Below are positions 62,431 to 64,000 of a stretch of DNA of 64,000 bases, one piece after another. Source of the stretch: an uncultured Gemmatimonadales bacterium (GTDB lineage Bacteria; Gemmatimonadota; Gemmatimonadetes; Gemmatimonadales; GWC2-71-9); the NCBI GenBank assembly GCA_963730185.1, contig CAVSQW010000009.1:96001-160000 (forward strand), read 5' to 3'. Position 1 is the stretch's first letter; every line of letters starts with the position of its first letter. The notes under the pieces were generated by a model. It saw nothing but the letters and a program-made list of their open reading frames with translations. It did not search any database and was not told the DNA's origin. Both the position numbers and the translations under genes were made by a program.

Positions 62431-62814
62431 TCAGTGCGATCGGAGCGACCTGGCCACCAGGCCGATACCGCCGGCGAGACCGCCGAGAATGAGCAGGGTG
62501 TTGAACAGGCTGGTCGGTCGGAAGAAGATGGTCAGGTGGGTGATGATCCCGAGCAGAATGATCAGGGCGCCGCCCAGGGTGAGGGCCCACCCGACCAGCG
62601 ACTTGCCGTTGAAGAAGAGAATGCCGATCCCGATCAGGAGGGGTACGAGGGAGAGGCCGAACGCGTCGTACCCGAACCAGGTCCAGAACCCGGTGGTGAC
62701 CGTGACCTGGCTCAGCAGGAGGTAGCCGCCGCCGACCACGAGCGCCGCGCCGAGGAGGAATTCGCCCAACCCGCCCGGTGTGCCTCCAGGACCGCGGGAC
62801 GCCGTCTCCGTCAT
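62431..62814 (-). CDS. Hypothetical membrane protein
   Basis: GPGGTPGG N-terminus, 4 TM segments; GGAGG RBS. Confidence 0.8.
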   Translation of the reverse strand: MTETASRGPGGTPGGLGEFLLGAALVVGGGYLLLSQVTVTTGFWTWFGYDAFGLSLVPLLIGIGILFFNGKSLVGWALTLGGALIILLGIITHLTIFFRPTSLFNTLLILGGLAGGIGLVARSLRSH

Positions 62815-62980
62815 GCTGCCTCCAATCGAGTCGGGACCTGCGGCACCGCCGGGCGGCGCCGACCACGAGGACCACAGATGACCGCTCTCAGTTCCCCGCC
62901 GGCGCCCGGACCGAGGCCGGCTCCGAAGGCCAATGCTAACGCCCGGCGGGGCGAGGCGTCAGTCCCAGCCGGCCGGCGCG

Positions 62981-63700
62981 ATGCCCGGCGCTAGACCCCT
63001 CGTCGAGGTGGCGGTCGACACGCTGGCTGCGGCGCTCGTGGCCGCGGGGGCCGGTGCCGATCGGATCGAGCTCTGTCAGGACCTCGAGGTCGGCGGCACC
63101 ACGCCGAGCGCGGGCCTGCTCTCCGCCGTAAAGGCGTCCGTGGCGATCCCGGTGTTCGTGATGATTCGGCCCCGAGGCGGGGACTTTGTCTACGCCGAGC
63201 CCGACGAGGACGTGATGCTCCGGGACGTCGACAGCGCGGCCGGCCTCGGCGCCGATGGCATCGTGCTGGGGGCCCTGACCGTGGACGGACCACCCGACCT
63301 GGAACGGGTGGCCCGGCTGGTGCAGCGGGCCCGGCCCCTGCCGGTCACCTTTCACCGGGCCTTCGACGCGATTCCGAACCCGCGAGAGGCGCTCGGCCCG
63401 CTCCGGGCCGCCGGTGTCGACCGGATCCTCACCTCGGGCGGCGCGGCCACCGCATACGACGGCCGGTTCGCCATCGAGCGTCTGGTGATCCACGCTCCCT
63501 CCGGCCTGGTGGTGATCGCGGGGGGCGGCGTGAACGGTGACACCGTGACGGAGCTGGTCCGACGTACCGGGGTCACCGAGGTCCACCTGGCCGGCAGCTA
63601 CCAGGTGCCGAGCGCCGCCCGCTCGGGCGACCTCACCACCGTCCCGAACCCGGCCCGGGTGCTCCGGGTGGTCGAGGCCGTTCGCGCGCTCGCCGCTTGA
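62981..63700 (+). CDS. cutC: Copper homeostasis protein CutC
   Basis: RIELC, GGTTPS, MIRPRGGDF, TFHRAFD, ILTSGG. Confidence 0.93.
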   Translation: MPGARPLVEVAVDTLAAALVAAGAGADRIELCQDLEVGGTTPSAGLLSAVKASVAIPVFVMIRPRGGDFVYAEPDEDVMLRDVDSAAGLGADGIVLGALTVDGPPDLERVARLVQRARPLPVTFHRAFDAIPNPREALGPLRAAGVDRILTSGGAATAYDGRFAIERLVIHAPSGLVVIAGGGVNGDTVTELVRRTGVTEVHLAGSYQVPSAARSGDLTTVPNPARVLRVVEAVRALAA

Positions 63701-63704
63701 CCTT

Positions 63705-64000
63705 TCAGGCCTCGAGGCCGAGCTGCTTCAGCACTTCCGGCGGCGGGGGAGGAAACCGGTCGAGAGGTACGTTGCCCACGTATCCTACGTCCTTCATGCC
63801 CGGGCCGGTGGTGTAGAAGCCCGTGGCGGTGAGGTCCCGCACCCGGTCGAAGAACTCGGCCGCCTCCCGATGCTCGGGGCGCGCCTTGGGCACGTAGCAG
63901 ATGTCGTCGGCGATGGCGTTTCGCTGATCGGGGGCGATCGCGGCGAACGCCCGACCGAACCGGCGGTCGGCCTCGGTGTCGAGCCAGGCGAGTCCCTTTC
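63705..64000 (-). CDS. Gluconate 2-dehydrogenase subunit 3 family protein (3' part only)
   Basis: GLAWLDTEADRRFG..FFDRVRDLTATGFYTT..GMKDVGYVGN. Confidence 0.8.
   Translation of the reverse strand, partial: KGLAWLDTEADRRFGRAFAAIAPDQRNAIADDICYVPKARPEHREAAEFFDRVRDLTATGFYTTGPGMKDVGYVGNVPLDRFPPPPPEVLKQLGLEA

Overview
High-GC bacterial chromosomal segment; gene content (ADOP permease, many secreted peptidases, Cys-rich hypothetical proteins) suggests Gemmatimonadota, which is an inference. It begins with the 5' part of rnd, a thioesterase/alpha-beta-hydrolase fusion, a 7Fe ferredoxin, a dienelactone hydrolase and an atypical peptide deformylase. A sufBCDSU operon follows, with a near-consensus sigma70 promoter overlapped by an IscR-like operator, extended by a bacilliredoxin (BrxA/B) and a His-rich Sm-fold-like protein. 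Next are an XRE-regulator cassette, an ABC-2 exporter, mnmG, two perfect parS sites, parA-parB-M23-bactofilin and a BMP-type ABC importer with a Nif3 gene. The region from about 24 to 58 kb is rich in secreted hydrolases and also holds a 2-oxoacid:ferredoxin oxidoreductase, a CotH-like secreted kinase-fold protein, a translationally coupled serine hydrolase-DinB-KirBac-VOC unit and a frameshifted M16 protease. The window ends with an SLC13 permease, a DUF433 fusion, cutC and a partial gluconate 2-dehydrogenase subunit 3 gene. No tRNA, rRNA, CRISPR array or mobile element was recognised. The best candidates for undescribed systems are the suf-brx-Sm-like extension and the DinB-KirBac-VOC unit.
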